The notes under the pieces were generated by a model. It did not search any database, was not told the DNA's origin, and saw only the letters and a list, made by a program, of their open reading frames with translations. Below are positions 19,781-30,786 of a stretch of 64,000 bases of DNA, piece after piece. The position numbers were made by a program, and so were the translations under genes. Within the stretch, counting starts at the first letter, position 1; each line of letters begins with the position of its first letter. The stretch comes from Aureliella sp. (GTDB lineage Bacteria > Planctomycetota > Planctomycetia > Pirellulales > Pirellulaceae): the NCBI GenBank assembly GCA_963691875.1, contig OY829846.1, forward strand, positions 1,984,001-2,048,000, given 5' to 3'.

Positions 19781-21166
19781 ATGGATCCGCGCATTCGATT
19801 CTCCCTCATTGCCTTCGTTCTGTTCGTTGCGTTCGGCGCATCCAATTTGCGTGCCGAAAATATGGCGAAAGCTAAAGCCTCATCACCGAACATCGTACTC
19901 ATCTTGTCAGATGATCAGGCTTGGACAGACTACGGATTCATGGGACACCCCACGATCCAAACACCGCATCTGGATAGGCTGGCCGCCGAAAGCGTCTTGT
20001 TTCGTCGTGGCTATGTACCAACCGCTCTTTGTAGGCCGAGCTTGATGACGCTGGTAACTGGGCAGTACGCCCATCGCCATCTGGTGACCGGCAACGACCC
20101 CTCTCCAAAGTACGCAGCGCGGGATTCCGAACTTTACAATCAGAGACGGGCAGACCTGATCGCGAACATCGATCGATTCAGCACGCTGCCCGAGTTGCTT
20201 GGCCAAAAGGGCTACTTGAGCCATCAAAGCGGAAAGTGGTGGGAAGGCAACTTCGCGCGTGGCGGATTTACCGATGGAATGACTCGAGGTTTTCCCAAAC
20301 CGGGTGGCCGTCATGGTGATGACGGTTTGGCGATTGGTCGCAAAGGGCTTGAACCCATTGAGAAGTTCATCGACCACTCCTTGACCGAGGAAAAACCATT
20401 CTTTCTCTGGTACGCTCCCTTTTTGCCCCACACTCCGCATACTCCGCCCGAACGACTCCTGAACAAGTACAAATCGCCAGACCGACCGATCACAGTCGCG
20501 AAGTACTATGCGATGTGCGATTGGTTCGATGAGACTTGCGGAGGGCTACTGAAGATGTTGGATGATCGCAACATCGCAGACAATACACTAGTCGTTTACG
20601 TGACCGACAATGGCTGGATCCAGAATCCCCAAAAAAATGGCTATGCGCCTCGCTCGAAACAGACACCATATGAAGGTGGCGTCCGAACTCCAATCTTCTT
20701 GCGCTGGCCGGAGAAATTTAAGCCAAGCGATCGCCCAGAACTCGTTAGCAGTATCGATCTGGTTCCAACCATGCTGGCTGCCGCTGGGACGAAATCGCCT
20801 GATGCTCTGCCGGGACTGAACCTTCTTCCAAACCTGGAATCGGAGCAACCAATCGAACGCAACCAAGTGTTTGGCGAGGGCTTTGCCCATGACATTGCCG
20901 ATCTGGAGAATCCGGAAGCGACATTACTTTATCGCTGGACGATCAAGGGCCCATGGAAGTTGTTGCTGACCTATGATGGCGAGGTGAATCGATATAAATC
21001 TTCACACCCGCGAACAGAAAAGGGACCACAGCTCTTTCATTTGTTGAATGACCCGAAAGAATCTCAAAACCTCGCGTCCGAAAAACCAGAGATCGTCTCT
21101 CAACTAGCGGCCGATCTCGAAGCTTGGTATCCAATCAAGCAACGGAAGACGATCATCACTCCTTAG
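19781..21166 (+). CDS. Sulfatase
   Basis: PNIVLILSDDQ, ALCRPSL variant motif, GKWWEG, TDNG. Confidence 0.9.
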   Translation: MDPRIRFSLIAFVLFVAFGASNLRAENMAKAKASSPNIVLILSDDQAWTDYGFMGHPTIQTPHLDRLAAESVLFRRGYVPTALCRPSLMTLVTGQYAHRHLVTGNDPSPKYAARDSELYNQRRADLIANIDRFSTLPELLGQKGYLSHQSGKWWEGNFARGGFTDGMTRGFPKPGGRHGDDGLAIGRKGLEPIEKFIDHSLTEEKPFFLWYAPFLPHTPHTPPERLLNKYKSPDRPITVAKYYAMCDWFDETCGGLLKMLDDRNIADNTLVVYVTDNGWIQNPQKNGYAPRSKQTPYEGGVRTPIFLRWPEKFKPSDRPELVSSIDLVPTMLAAAGTKSPDALPGLNLLPNLESEQPIERNQVFGEGFAHDIADLENPEATLLYRWTIKGPWKLLLTYDGEVNRYKSSHPRTEKGPQLFHLLNDPKESQNLASEKPEIVSQLAADLEAWYPIKQRKTIITP

Positions 21167-21178
21167 AGATTTTCCGAC

Positions 21179-21202
21179 GATCGGCTCAGATTGGAGCCGA
21201 TC
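21179..21202. terminator. Perfect 9-bp hairpin after the sulfatase, possible terminator
   Basis: GATCGGCTC-agattg-GAGCCGATC; weak U tail. Confidence 0.35.
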
Positions 21203-21728
21203 ACTTCTCCGATCCTAGCGCACCCTTGGGTCTCTCTGCTGGCTGCGGAGGTGGGGAACCTAGCAAGCTCAGATTGCTGTCCCGTCTGCGACTCGGCGGC
21301 AAAGTCGGGCGTGGCCGCCAAGAAGTGAGTTGGATTCTTGAACTAGGTATCAAGCGAATTATCGTTCGTGCGTTTACCAACGATCAAAATGTCAGGATCC
21401 GTTATTGTATCTTCCCCAGAGCCTGCACCGCGAAAGGAATTTATGCGTGCCTTGCGCAAATCTAGCGGGATGCATCTTGGCTTGTCTGCGATTGTGCCGA
21501 TGTTGCTTTTCGGAGCAAGATTCATATTGCGTACCGCTCCCGAACTAGCACTTTATGGTGTTACGTTGTGTCGAGGCGATTAAGCGACGAGGGCTTCTTC
21601 GAATTTGTATTCCCGCAGCAGCACGCTGAACTCAACGGCTTACTTCAGAAGAACAGTTGAAGCGGGTAACGCCACTCGATACCTGGGTTCGTCTAACCGC
21701 GTTTATGCGGCTCCCTCGACGCTAACTT

Positions 21729-23252
21729 CTATTTCGATTTACGCAATCGCTGCGGCGTATCAGGCTGCAGATCTACGAGTTTGTTGATCTTGCCTTCTTG
21801 CTTGTGCAATTCGAAGGCGTCGTATATTTCGCCCACGGCCGTTCGGGCTTCAAAGCTCAGTTTGTCGCCGTTGATGTGAATGATCTGATAAAGCTGCGTG
21901 TCCTCCGCCACTCGCGTCATGAATTCATGCTGCGTGTTGTTGTACATTTTGGGGCCGCTTACAGAGACGACATAGACAGTTCCGAAGGTAGGTTCCACCT
22001 TCTGAACACCTATCGGAACGTTAGACTCGGTGGGCGCGCACTCGGATCCCGACTCAATATTTGACTTCACTTCTTGCGACGCTTTCCTCGTGGCCTCCAG
22101 CTCCGCCTTTTTCCTCGCCTTTGCTTTCGCTTCGGCTCTCTTGCGTGCTTCTTCTTTCATGCGCTCGTTGAACTCTTGAACGCCCGGTACATCGAGCCCC
22201 GTTCGGCCATAGGTGTGATCGTGGCCTTGGAGAACAAGGTCTACTTGATGCTTGTCAAAAACGGGTTTCCACAGAGTTCGCAGTGTTGCGTTGTCGCGAT
22301 CGTTTCCAGTCGAAAACACGGGATGGTGAAAAGTACAAACAACCCACGGGGCCTCGTTTTCTGCCAACACTCGATCCATCCACTCGGCTTGCTTCTCCAA
22401 CTCCACATTGCTGTTCAGTGCGACAATGCGGAGGTTGTGATACACCAACGTATAGCAAGACTCTTCCAGTCCTTTCGGACCATTCTCTGCGAAAGTAAAT
22501 GTCGGACGCCAGTGGCGTGACAACCTACGGCCAAGCGCGGAACCGGCTTGTTCATGATTACCAGGAATAGCGATGCTTGGAGTTGATCGATTCAACCAAC
22601 CGCCAGCCTCAAACCATTCGCCCCACTCACCATCGGACTCGGCGCGATTGATTAAGTCGCCAGCATGCAGAAAGAAAGCAGCTCGCGGCGCGTCCCGGTA
22701 GGCTTCACGCACCACGCGCGACCACATCGACCGCACACTGTTTTGCGCATCGCCAAAGTAGACAAAAGAAAACTTTTCCTCTGAAGCGACGGCTGTTTTG
22801 AACTGGCACCACTCACTCCAGTTTTTTCCGCCGTCGCCAACGCGATAGGCATAAGTCGTGCCTGGAGAAAGGCTCTCAAATGTAAAGCTGTGATAATGCG
22901 CTTCGGATAGGTCAGACTTTAAAAGCTGGGTCTTGGCTTGATGTTTCTTGGCTTTCTTGGGAAAGCTAGGCCCTGCTTCCGCGATCGCAATCTCAGCAAA
23001 AGCTTCTTTGACTTCAGGCGAGGTTCTCCAGGTGACCGATTGCGTCGTTCTCGGATCACCACTGATCGTCAAAATGACACGATCAGGCATAGCGGTGGGC
23101 CGATACCGCTCTTTGGCCGTTACGGCCGGAGGTGCATGGCTGTGGGCATCTTCATCGTCATGGGCTTCGGCTGTGGGGAACGCCTGAACCAACAGAGATA
23201 GGAGGATAGCGATTCGGCATCGAGTGGGAGCTTTCTTTACGAAAGGCTGCAT
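21729..23252 (-). CDS. Purple acid phosphatase-like metallophosphoesterase with N-terminal FN3 domain
   Basis: LSPGTTYAYRVG; GDAQ, AGDL, GNHE, FHHP, GHDH motifs. Confidence 0.9.
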   Translation of the reverse strand: MQPFVKKAPTRCRIAILLSLLVQAFPTAEAHDDEDAHSHAPPAVTAKERYRPTAMPDRVILTISGDPRTTQSVTWRTSPEVKEAFAEIAIAEAGPSFPKKAKKHQAKTQLLKSDLSEAHYHSFTFESLSPGTTYAYRVGDGGKNWSEWCQFKTAVASEEKFSFVYFGDAQNSVRSMWSRVVREAYRDAPRAAFFLHAGDLINRAESDGEWGEWFEAGGWLNRSTPSIAIPGNHEQAGSALGRRLSRHWRPTFTFAENGPKGLEESCYTLVYHNLRIVALNSNVELEKQAEWMDRVLAENEAPWVVCTFHHPVFSTGNDRDNATLRTLWKPVFDKHQVDLVLQGHDHTYGRTGLDVPGVQEFNERMKEEARKRAEAKAKARKKAELEATRKASQEVKSNIESGSECAPTESNVPIGVQKVEPTFGTVYVVSVSGPKMYNNTQHEFMTRVAEDTQLYQIIHINGDKLSFEARTAVGEIYDAFELHKQEGKINKLVDLQPDTPQRLRKSK

Positions 23253-23395
23253 GTTTTCTTGCCTTATGGGAGATGTCACGATCAGTATGCGAACCCGCTA
23301 TGATAGTTTGAAAGTTCCCACCGTGTAGCCCAACTCTCCGCCCCGAGACTCGACGAATCCACTCGAGTTGACTTGTTTTCACCTTGAGCCGAAAT

Positions 23396-25393
23396 ATGCC
23401 GATTTTAGCCCCTATCTCGCAACGAGCCCCACTCTCAGTGCTTTTCGGATTATGTTTTCTTCCCACGGCAATCGCTGACGGGCCCAAAGACAACGATCCG
23501 AAAAGCGTTCGTGCAGTTCCGCCTATCGGAATCGAAATCGAGGCAGGAGAATTCGACGAATATAAAAAACGCGCCAGAGCAATCCGAACTGCACTTAGTG
23601 CCTTGGATGAACCCGATGCTTGGAAATGCCATGTAGAAGTGTTTGCTCGTGCCGTCGAAATAACACTCGAAACCAAGATGGTTTATGGCCCTGGTGATTT
23701 GGCCGCAATCAAGAAAACGCTAGCCGAAGGAGAACGTCGACTAAGAGCCCTTGCATCTGGAAAAAGGCAGGATATTCTCGGCCGAAACCTGGGAAAAAGT
23801 CCGCTGATTGTGGGTGGCTTTCGCTCCAAGATCGATGACTCGGTCCAGCCATTCGGGGTCGAGCTCCCTCCCAACTGGGGCTTCTATGACGGAGAAATGC
23901 GATTGGACGTATGGCTACATGGTCGTGGCGAACGGGTGAGCGAAGTCAAGTTCCTGCAACAGAGATCGACGTCCCCAGGCCAATACCAACCCAAGAACAC
24001 AATTGTGCTACATCCTTACGGTCGCTACAGCAACGCGTTCAAGTTCGCCGGCGAAATTGATGTTCTGGAAGCGATCGAGTGCGTCAAGCAGCTTTGGTCT
24101 GTAGACGAGACTCGTATTACCATTCGCGGCTTCTCGATGGGTGGCGCCGGTTGTTGGCAAATGGCGGTTCACTATCCGAATCTCTGGGCAGCAGCGAACC
24201 CAGGAGCCGGCTTTAGCGAAACACGCGAGTTCCTACGCGTTTTCCAAGATGAAGATTTCCAGCCCACTTGGTATCAAAACAATCTTTTGCACTGGTACGA
24301 CTGCCCCGACTGGACGAATAACTTGCGTAACGTACCGACCGTTGCCTACAGTGGCGAGGTCGATCGTCAAAAACAAGCGGCTGACGTGATGGAAGCAGCC
24401 TTTGCAACCCGCGACATGAAGCTGCCACATATCATCGGGCCGAAAACCGGACACAAGATCCATCCGGACTCTAAAGTCGAGATTCAGAAATGGCTGGACG
24501 AAGAGCTGGCGGGCGGAAAGCCTAAACTGCCAAAAGAAATCGACATGACAACCTATTCCTTGCGTTACAACGAGCTTGGTTGGCTACGCGTTACGGGACT
24601 GGAGCAGCACTGGGAAGAATCGCGAATTCACGGGGCACTAAAGAAAGATGAAATTGTCCTGAAAACGCAGGGTGTCACAGGCCTTGCTTTGGTTCTTCCG
24701 AATGGGGTGTTTTCAGGCGACGCATTTAAGCTACAGATTGATGGCCAGGAAATCACGGCCAGCGTCGGGGGCAACTTGTCATTTCAAAAAACAGAGGCTG
24801 GCTGGGCTGCAACAGCTCCCGCACCAGGACTGCGTAAGAAACCTGGACTGCAAGGTCCAATTGACGATGCATTCATGGACGCTTTCACCTTCGTTGGTCC
24901 AAGTGTAGAAGATGATTCGATCGTCGGACGCTGGGCGGAAAGCGAGTACGAGCGAGCTAAGCATGAATGGAGGCGTCAATTCCGCGGCGAAATCGTGGAA
25001 GACACACTCGCCACATTGACCGAGAAAGAACTCGCCAATCGCAATCTCGTTCTTTTCGGCACGTCCCAATCCAACCCCTTGATCGCCAAAGTCCTGTCAG
25101 AGCTGCCGATCAAGTGGACGCCGGATACTGTGCAATTCGGTGGCGTCAAACATGAAGGCAATGTTGCTCCTATACTGATCTACCCTAACCCGCTCAATCC
25201 AGAGCGCTACGTGGTGATCAACAGCGGGTTCACCTATCGCGAGTACGCATATCTGAACAACGCTCGACAAATCCCGATGCTGCCGGACTGGGCGATTGTA
25301 GATGTCACCGAAGGCGGTACGACTCAGTATCCGGGCAAAGTCCTTTCCGCTGGGTTCTTTGATGAAGAGTGGAACGTATCAGATCGTAGGTGA
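23396..25393 (+). CDS. Alpha/beta hydrolase (prolyl oligopeptidase/esterase-like)
   Basis: WLHGRG, GFSMGG nucleophile elbow, later Asp and His (GEVD, KTGH). Confidence 0.82.
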   Translation: MPILAPISQRAPLSVLFGLCFLPTAIADGPKDNDPKSVRAVPPIGIEIEAGEFDEYKKRARAIRTALSALDEPDAWKCHVEVFARAVEITLETKMVYGPGDLAAIKKTLAEGERRLRALASGKRQDILGRNLGKSPLIVGGFRSKIDDSVQPFGVELPPNWGFYDGEMRLDVWLHGRGERVSEVKFLQQRSTSPGQYQPKNTIVLHPYGRYSNAFKFAGEIDVLEAIECVKQLWSVDETRITIRGFSMGGAGCWQMAVHYPNLWAAANPGAGFSETREFLRVFQDEDFQPTWYQNNLLHWYDCPDWTNNLRNVPTVAYSGEVDRQKQAADVMEAAFATRDMKLPHIIGPKTGHKIHPDSKVEIQKWLDEELAGGKPKLPKEIDMTTYSLRYNELGWLRVTGLEQHWEESRIHGALKKDEIVLKTQGVTGLALVLPNGVFSGDAFKLQIDGQEITASVGGNLSFQKTEAGWAATAPAPGLRKKPGLQGPIDDAFMDAFTFVGPSVEDDSIVGRWAESEYERAKHEWRRQFRGEIVEDTLATLTEKELANRNLVLFGTSQSNPLIAKVLSELPIKWTPDTVQFGGVKHEGNVAPILIYPNPLNPERYVVINSGFTYREYAYLNNARQIPMLPDWAIVDVTEGGTTQYPGKVLSAGFFDEEWNVSDRR

Positions 25394-25549
25394 GCCGCAT
25401 CGCCGTCAGGCCTTCAGAGTGCAGTCAAGTACAATCAAGACGCGCAGGCGACTTAGACTCAGTGCGTTCGATGTGGGATTGTTCGGTATCAAGCCTGCGA
25501 CTCACTGGCTTGCGCCACGTGTTCTACCTAAGTTCAAGCGGCCGCCTCA

Positions 25550-27259
25550 TCAAGGTGTTGGCAAGGCTTCGACCAGTGGAAAGAACTTCGCGCCCAACAG
25601 CGTGACACCAAAGCCAACAATACCCATCAACGTGAGTGCAACAGAGAAAGTCTGCAAGGTCTGAGTCGGCTTAAGCCCCGTCATGGTGGTGACTTGCCAA
25701 AAGCCGCTATCATTCATCCAAGGTAATGGCTTCGAACCGCAACCAATGGCTAAGGCAATGTAAAGCGGGTGGAATGGCATCGAACTCGTGTCGATCAGAG
25801 GGGCGATAATGGCCGAGGAAGTGATCATCGACACCGTTGCACTCCCTTGTGCGAATCGAACCAAAGCCGTCAATAGAAAGGCGGCATATAGCATCGTCCA
25901 GGGCGAAGACAGATCTTGAAATTGGTCGCCAATTGCATTAGCCAGGTCGAGTCCTTTCAGCGATTTCCCAAAAGCTCCGCCCGCACAAGTTAGCAAAATG
26001 ATCGTCCCGGCGTCAGACAGTCCTTTGGCGACAGCTTTCCCAACGGAGTCCCGTCCACCATAGCGGTGCAAAATCGCAATGGCGGCTAATGCAGCTCCGA
26101 TGAAAACGAGCGTTGGATCATTGACCAGCTGTGTCCATTCATGCAATGCCAAGTAGCGGGATGTCGCCGGCTTGTCCCTCGCCATGACTTCCACAGCCTC
26201 TGATCCGCCAAGCAGCATAATGGGAATGGCAACCGGCAGAGCGGCAACCCAGAGCGGAAGCTTCTTGCTGGGTTCGACAGAGTTGCTTTTTTCGTCAAGC
26301 TGAGATGAATCAAGCTGCACCCATCTAGGACAGAGACAGCCATAAGCGAATCCTGCACATGCTGCAGAGCCGCCGACAACGAGTCCCGCAAACATCATCA
26401 TCCCTAAGCCGATTTGAAAATCGGGGTCCCGAATCTCTGCATTTACTTGCTGGACAACCAGCAGCGGCCCGGGAGTCGGCGGAACCAATGAATGCGCCAT
26501 AGTTGCACCGACAACAATCGCCATGACCGCAGTCAGCATCTTTTCTGGACTTGCTCGACCGACACTCTTTGCCAGCGGTAGCAGCAAGTAGAAAACATTG
26601 TCGAAGAAAACTGGAATTCCCAGTACAAAACCACTGGCTGTCAGGGCTGGCGTTGTTCCTCGTTTGCCAAATAGAGCCACTATGGCCATCACTAGCCTTG
26701 AGGCAGCCCCACTTTGCAGCAAACAGATACCGACGATAGCTGCCATCGTGACTGGAATACCAATCTTCTGGAAGGTGCCCGCGAATCCGCTTACAAGTCT
26801 GTCCCCAAGGCCAGTCCAGCGCTGGCCGCCCAACTCTTCGTACTTCGATTTGGAGACAATGATGGCTCCGGCTGAGATCGATAACTCCTTCGCCTCAGCA
26901 CCATACCAAACGAGGTTCGAGGGGGAGAGCTCGCCGCGATTCTCGGCTACGGAAAGTTGTTTGCTGGAAGCCCGCGTCAAAGTCAGCGAGTTAGACTCCG
27001 CTGCGATAGTCTTGTTTCCAAGAAACACATATTCGCCATCTGCACTGTTTTGCTTTAGGCCAATCAGCCCGTTTGAGGTCATACCTGCAATTTCCAGCTG
27101 GTACTGGTCCAAATAACTCTTGTGAACGAGCTCTTCCGGAGTTGCAGCCAGCAAGAAAAGGCTTCCAATCAGCAAACCAATCAAAGGGGGTAATCGAAAC
27201 AGGAGAATGAGCAAGAGTACGAGGACTATGCCAGCGAGCGCGATGAGGATGGTGCTCAT
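25550..27259 (-). CDS. GntP-family sugar-acid permease
   Basis: GIPVFFD, HSLVPPTPGP, AQGSATVS, WMNDSGFW. Confidence 0.92.
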   Translation of the reverse strand: MSTILIALAGIVLVLLLILLFRLPPLIGLLIGSLFLLAATPEELVHKSYLDQYQLEIAGMTSNGLIGLKQNSADGEYVFLGNKTIAAESNSLTLTRASSKQLSVAENRGELSPSNLVWYGAEAKELSISAGAIIVSKSKYEELGGQRWTGLGDRLVSGFAGTFQKIGIPVTMAAIVGICLLQSGAASRLVMAIVALFGKRGTTPALTASGFVLGIPVFFDNVFYLLLPLAKSVGRASPEKMLTAVMAIVVGATMAHSLVPPTPGPLLVVQQVNAEIRDPDFQIGLGMMMFAGLVVGGSAACAGFAYGCLCPRWVQLDSSQLDEKSNSVEPSKKLPLWVAALPVAIPIMLLGGSEAVEVMARDKPATSRYLALHEWTQLVNDPTLVFIGAALAAIAILHRYGGRDSVGKAVAKGLSDAGTIILLTCAGGAFGKSLKGLDLANAIGDQFQDLSSPWTMLYAAFLLTALVRFAQGSATVSMITSSAIIAPLIDTSSMPFHPLYIALAIGCGSKPLPWMNDSGFWQVTTMTGLKPTQTLQTFSVALTLMGIVGFGVTLLGAKFFPLVEALPTP

Positions 27260-27602
27260 TTCAGATCCAAGTTGAGACACAGCCACGTGCCCTGCGGCAA
27301 GTCAGTGGCAGAGAAGGCAGGGAGTTCCCTATAACTTAATCGATATCTGGCACCAACGCCTGCGCTGATTGAGTATTGGGTAAGTAACTTTCGCAGTCCG
27401 AGTTCATCGAGGAATTCTGGGAGAGTCCGACTATCCGGGTGGGTGACCTACTCCAACATCTTGTACAGCCAGGGTATCACAGTGTCGTTGCACTCGATCG
27501 CGTTCAACGGAGTCTAGTCTTATTGATCATTGGAATATGGCAGTCTAGATTGCAGAGAAACGAGTGCCCTCGACGCCTCAATGGCTTTCACCGAAAGAAA
27601 TC

Positions 27603-29339
27603 ATGACCAATCGAAATCCCGACCGTGATCCGAGTTTGCTACGCAGTCATCGTTGGTTTGCTCCAGATGATCTCCGCAGCGCCGGACATCGTGCTCGCTT
27701 CAAAGGAATGGGCTGGGACGACGGTGACTATCAAGACAAGCCGATCATCGCGATCCTGAATACTTGGAGTGATCTAAACACTTGCCATTCACATTTTAAG
27801 GAACGAGTCCAAGATGTGCGTCGCGGCATTCTGCAAGCTGGCGGTTTTCCTGTAGAAGTCCCGGTTATGAGCCTGGGCGAAATGCTGATGAAGCCGACGA
27901 CGATGCTCTACCGGAATCTGCTGGCAATGGAAGCAGAGGAAGTGCTGCGATGCCATCCCATCGACGGAGCCGTACTGATGGGCGGCTGCGACAAGACTGT
28001 TCCTGCACTATTGATGGGGGCAATTTCGGCCGATATCCCTTCCATCTTCATGCCTGCCGGACCAATGCTAAAAGCAAAGTGGAAGGATCAAACTTTGGGC
28101 AGTGGCTCTGATGTTTGGAAGTACTGGGCCGAGCGATGTGCAGGTAATCTGTGTGATGGCGACTGGAAAGAAATCGAAAATTGCATTGGGCGATCAGCCG
28201 GAACCTGCATGACCATGGGCACCGCGTCAACGATGGCATGCATCACTGAAGCGATGGGCATGTCGCTGCCGGGCTCCGCTTGCACGCCAGCGGTCGTTGC
28301 GGAACATCATCGGCTGGGAGTGCGTTCTGGTCGTCGCGCCGTGGAGCTGGCTTGGGATCAAATAAAACCAAGTGATCTGCTTGACGAAAAGTCGATTGAG
28401 AATGCAATTGTCACGGACATGACTATTGGCGGCTCCACCAATGCGATTGTGCACATCGTGGCCTTGGCAGGCAGGCTGGGGTTTGAACTGCCGCTTGAAA
28501 AGTTCGACGAGATATCGAAACGCGTTCCAGTCTTGGGCGATATTCGTCCGAGCGGTCGCTATTTAATGGAGGACTTCTACGATGCGGGCGGATTGGCAGC
28601 GCTTCTGGATCGCTTACGGGATTGCCTGCACTTGGATTGCCCAACGGTCGCCGGAGCGACCCTGGGCGAACAAATTAAAGGAGCCGAGGTGGTAGACGAC
28701 GGAGTCATCCGCACTCGCGAAAATCCCGTTTCGGCCAGTGGCGGGACATGCGTGCTGCGTGGAAACCTTGCTCCCGATGGCTGCGTGATCAAGTCGATTG
28801 CAGCTGATCCCAAGTTGCTCACGCATCGCGGCCCCGCCGTGGTTTTCAATGATTATCCCGACATGAAAGAAAAGATCAACGATCCAGACTTAGATGTGAC
28901 TGCAGACAGCGTCATAGTGCTTCGCAGCGCGGGACCATTGGGAGCTCCAGGCTTTCCCGAATGGGGCATGTTACCGATTCCCAACAAGCTACTGAAGGAA
29001 GGTGTCCGTGATATGCTGCGAATCTCAGACGCTCGCATGAGTGGCACGAGCTACGGGACTTGTGTACTACATGTTTCGCCGGAGAGTCACCTCGGAGGGC
29101 CTTTGGCTTTGGTGCAAACGGGTGACGAAATTGAAATCGATGTGGAGCAGCGTTTGATCCATTGGCACGTGGAAGACGAAGAGATTGCTCGACGAAAAGC
29201 TGCTTGGACCCCGCCCGAGCCGCGTTGGGAACGCGGCTACCATGCCTTGTTCGCCAAGCATGTGACTCAAGCTCAACAAGGTTGCGACTTTGATTTCCTC
29301 GCTGGCAGATCCCCTGGTCAAGATCCCGATATCTTCTAG
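27603..29339 (+). CDS. araD: IlvD/Edd-family sugar-acid dehydratase, probably L-arabinonate dehydratase
   Basis: NTWSDLNTCH, GGCDKTVP, CMTMGTAS, GGSTNA, ISDARMSGTSYG. Confidence 0.85.
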   Translation: MTNRNPDRDPSLLRSHRWFAPDDLRSAGHRARFKGMGWDDGDYQDKPIIAILNTWSDLNTCHSHFKERVQDVRRGILQAGGFPVEVPVMSLGEMLMKPTTMLYRNLLAMEAEEVLRCHPIDGAVLMGGCDKTVPALLMGAISADIPSIFMPAGPMLKAKWKDQTLGSGSDVWKYWAERCAGNLCDGDWKEIENCIGRSAGTCMTMGTASTMACITEAMGMSLPGSACTPAVVAEHHRLGVRSGRRAVELAWDQIKPSDLLDEKSIENAIVTDMTIGGSTNAIVHIVALAGRLGFELPLEKFDEISKRVPVLGDIRPSGRYLMEDFYDAGGLAALLDRLRDCLHLDCPTVAGATLGEQIKGAEVVDDGVIRTRENPVSASGGTCVLRGNLAPDGCVIKSIAADPKLLTHRGPAVVFNDYPDMKEKINDPDLDVTADSVIVLRSAGPLGAPGFPEWGMLPIPNKLLKEGVRDMLRISDARMSGTSYGTCVLHVSPESHLGGPLALVQTGDEIEIDVEQRLIHWHVEDEEIARRKAAWTPPEPRWERGYHALFAKHVTQAQQGCDFDFLAGRSPGQDPDIF

Positions 29340-29349
29340 ACCGAGCAGG

Positions 29350-30786
29350 CTACTCTGAAGCGAGCTCTGGGAATACCGATTTGAGGTCCAGCTTGTCTTG
29401 CTGGAATTCTTGGTGCTCGAGCAACTTGGCAAACAGCTGCTTGATGATCGGCTGTGATTCAGGCTCGTCAGCCAAATCTACCATCTCATCAGGATCGTCC
29501 TTTAAGTTAAAAAGTCTCACAACCTCGGCTTCGGGGTAGACGATCAACTTGTAATCGTCCGTTCGCACGCAGCGTTGCACCGCGAGATAAGCACCGTAGA
29601 TGGACTCATAACGACTCTTACCGCCTTTCATCAGCGGTAGCACGCTGTTGAACTCGACGTGTTCAGGCTTGTCGATTCCGGCGAGTTCTAAGCTGGTAGC
29701 CATCGCGTCTTGAAGATATATCGGCTCGGCGATCTTCTTGCCAGCTTCAACTCCTGGTCCAACAACCATGAACGGTACACGTAAGCTGTGATCGTACATA
29801 TTTTGCTTGCCCATCAAACCATGATGACCGCAGGCCAAGCCGTGATCGGCTGTAAAGATTATCCAAGTGTTGTTGGCCAGCCCTGACAATTTTAGGTGAT
29901 CGAGAACGCGAGCAATTTGATCATCCATGTGCGAGATGATCGCATAATATTCTTGACGATTTACCTTCACGCCGTGTTCCGTGCGTGGAAAGGTCGCTAG
30001 TTTCTCATCTCGCAGGGAGGGCCCCAATCGAATCTTGTCTTTGTGCGGATACAGTGGCAAGAAGTTCTTGGGCGTCGAGATTTTGTCGAGCGGATAACGG
30101 TCGACGTATTCTTTGGGACTCTGCCGAGGATCGTGTGGTGCGTTGAAAGCAACGTACATGAAGAACGGCTTGTCTTGTGCCTTGGCATCATCGATGAAGC
30201 CAATCGCATCGTCGCCAACAATCTCACTCCAGTGCTTTCCGCCTTGCCAAAAGCCACCAAACTTCGGGTCAGACGGGGACCAAGTATCCGTTCCATCCGC
30301 GAACGGGCGGTTGTAGCCTTCAGGTGTTTGAGCCGGCATTCCCGGTCGAATATTCTTGGCAACGTCAAAGGAAGCGTTCGCATCGGCTTTGCAATGCCAT
30401 TTACCGGTGAAGTATGTCTTGTAGCCGGCGCCTTTCATGTACTCGCTCCACCAACGCCCCGCTTTCTGCTCTTCTTTACTCTTGGCGTGAAACTTGTTCG
30501 CACGCCAGACAAACCGACCACTATTGAGCATCATCCGACTGGCAACGCATACGGCACCGCTCCACGAGCCCATATTGAATGCATGCGTGAACGTGGTGCC
30601 TTCGCGTACCAGACGATCCAATGTGGGTGTCTGAATCTCCGAGTTACCAAGTTCATGGATCGTTTCGAAAGACTGGTCATCTGCAAAGATGAACAAGATG
30701 TTCGGCTTCTCGTTCTGTCCAAGGCACGTCGAGGCGAGGCAACAGAATAGGGCAAAGCTCAATAGGAATCGACGAAACGCGGGCAT
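29350..30786 (-). CDS. Sulfatase (choline-sulfatase-like)
   Basis: PNILFIFADDQ, GAVCVASR, GKWH, ADHG, MGKQN. Confidence 0.92.
   Translation of the reverse strand: MPAFRRFLLSFALFCCLASTCLGQNEKPNILFIFADDQSFETIHELGNSEIQTPTLDRLVREGTTFTHAFNMGSWSGAVCVASRMMLNSGRFVWRANKFHAKSKEEQKAGRWWSEYMKGAGYKTYFTGKWHCKADANASFDVAKNIRPGMPAQTPEGYNRPFADGTDTWSPSDPKFGGFWQGGKHWSEIVGDDAIGFIDDAKAQDKPFFMYVAFNAPHDPRQSPKEYVDRYPLDKISTPKNFLPLYPHKDKIRLGPSLRDEKLATFPRTEHGVKVNRQEYYAIISHMDDQIARVLDHLKLSGLANNTWIIFTADHGLACGHHGLMGKQNMYDHSLRVPFMVVGPGVEAGKKIAEPIYLQDAMATSLELAGIDKPEHVEFNSVLPLMKGGKSRYESIYGAYLAVQRCVRTDDYKLIVYPEAEVVRLFNLKDDPDEMVDLADEPESQPIIKQLFAKLLEHQEFQQDKLDLKSVFPELASE

Noticed and set aside
21166..21525. Minus-strand frame DPDILIVGKR...LDT*FKNPTHF reminiscent of a cytochrome c segment
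   Set aside because: No CxxCH and the similarity is too weak to call
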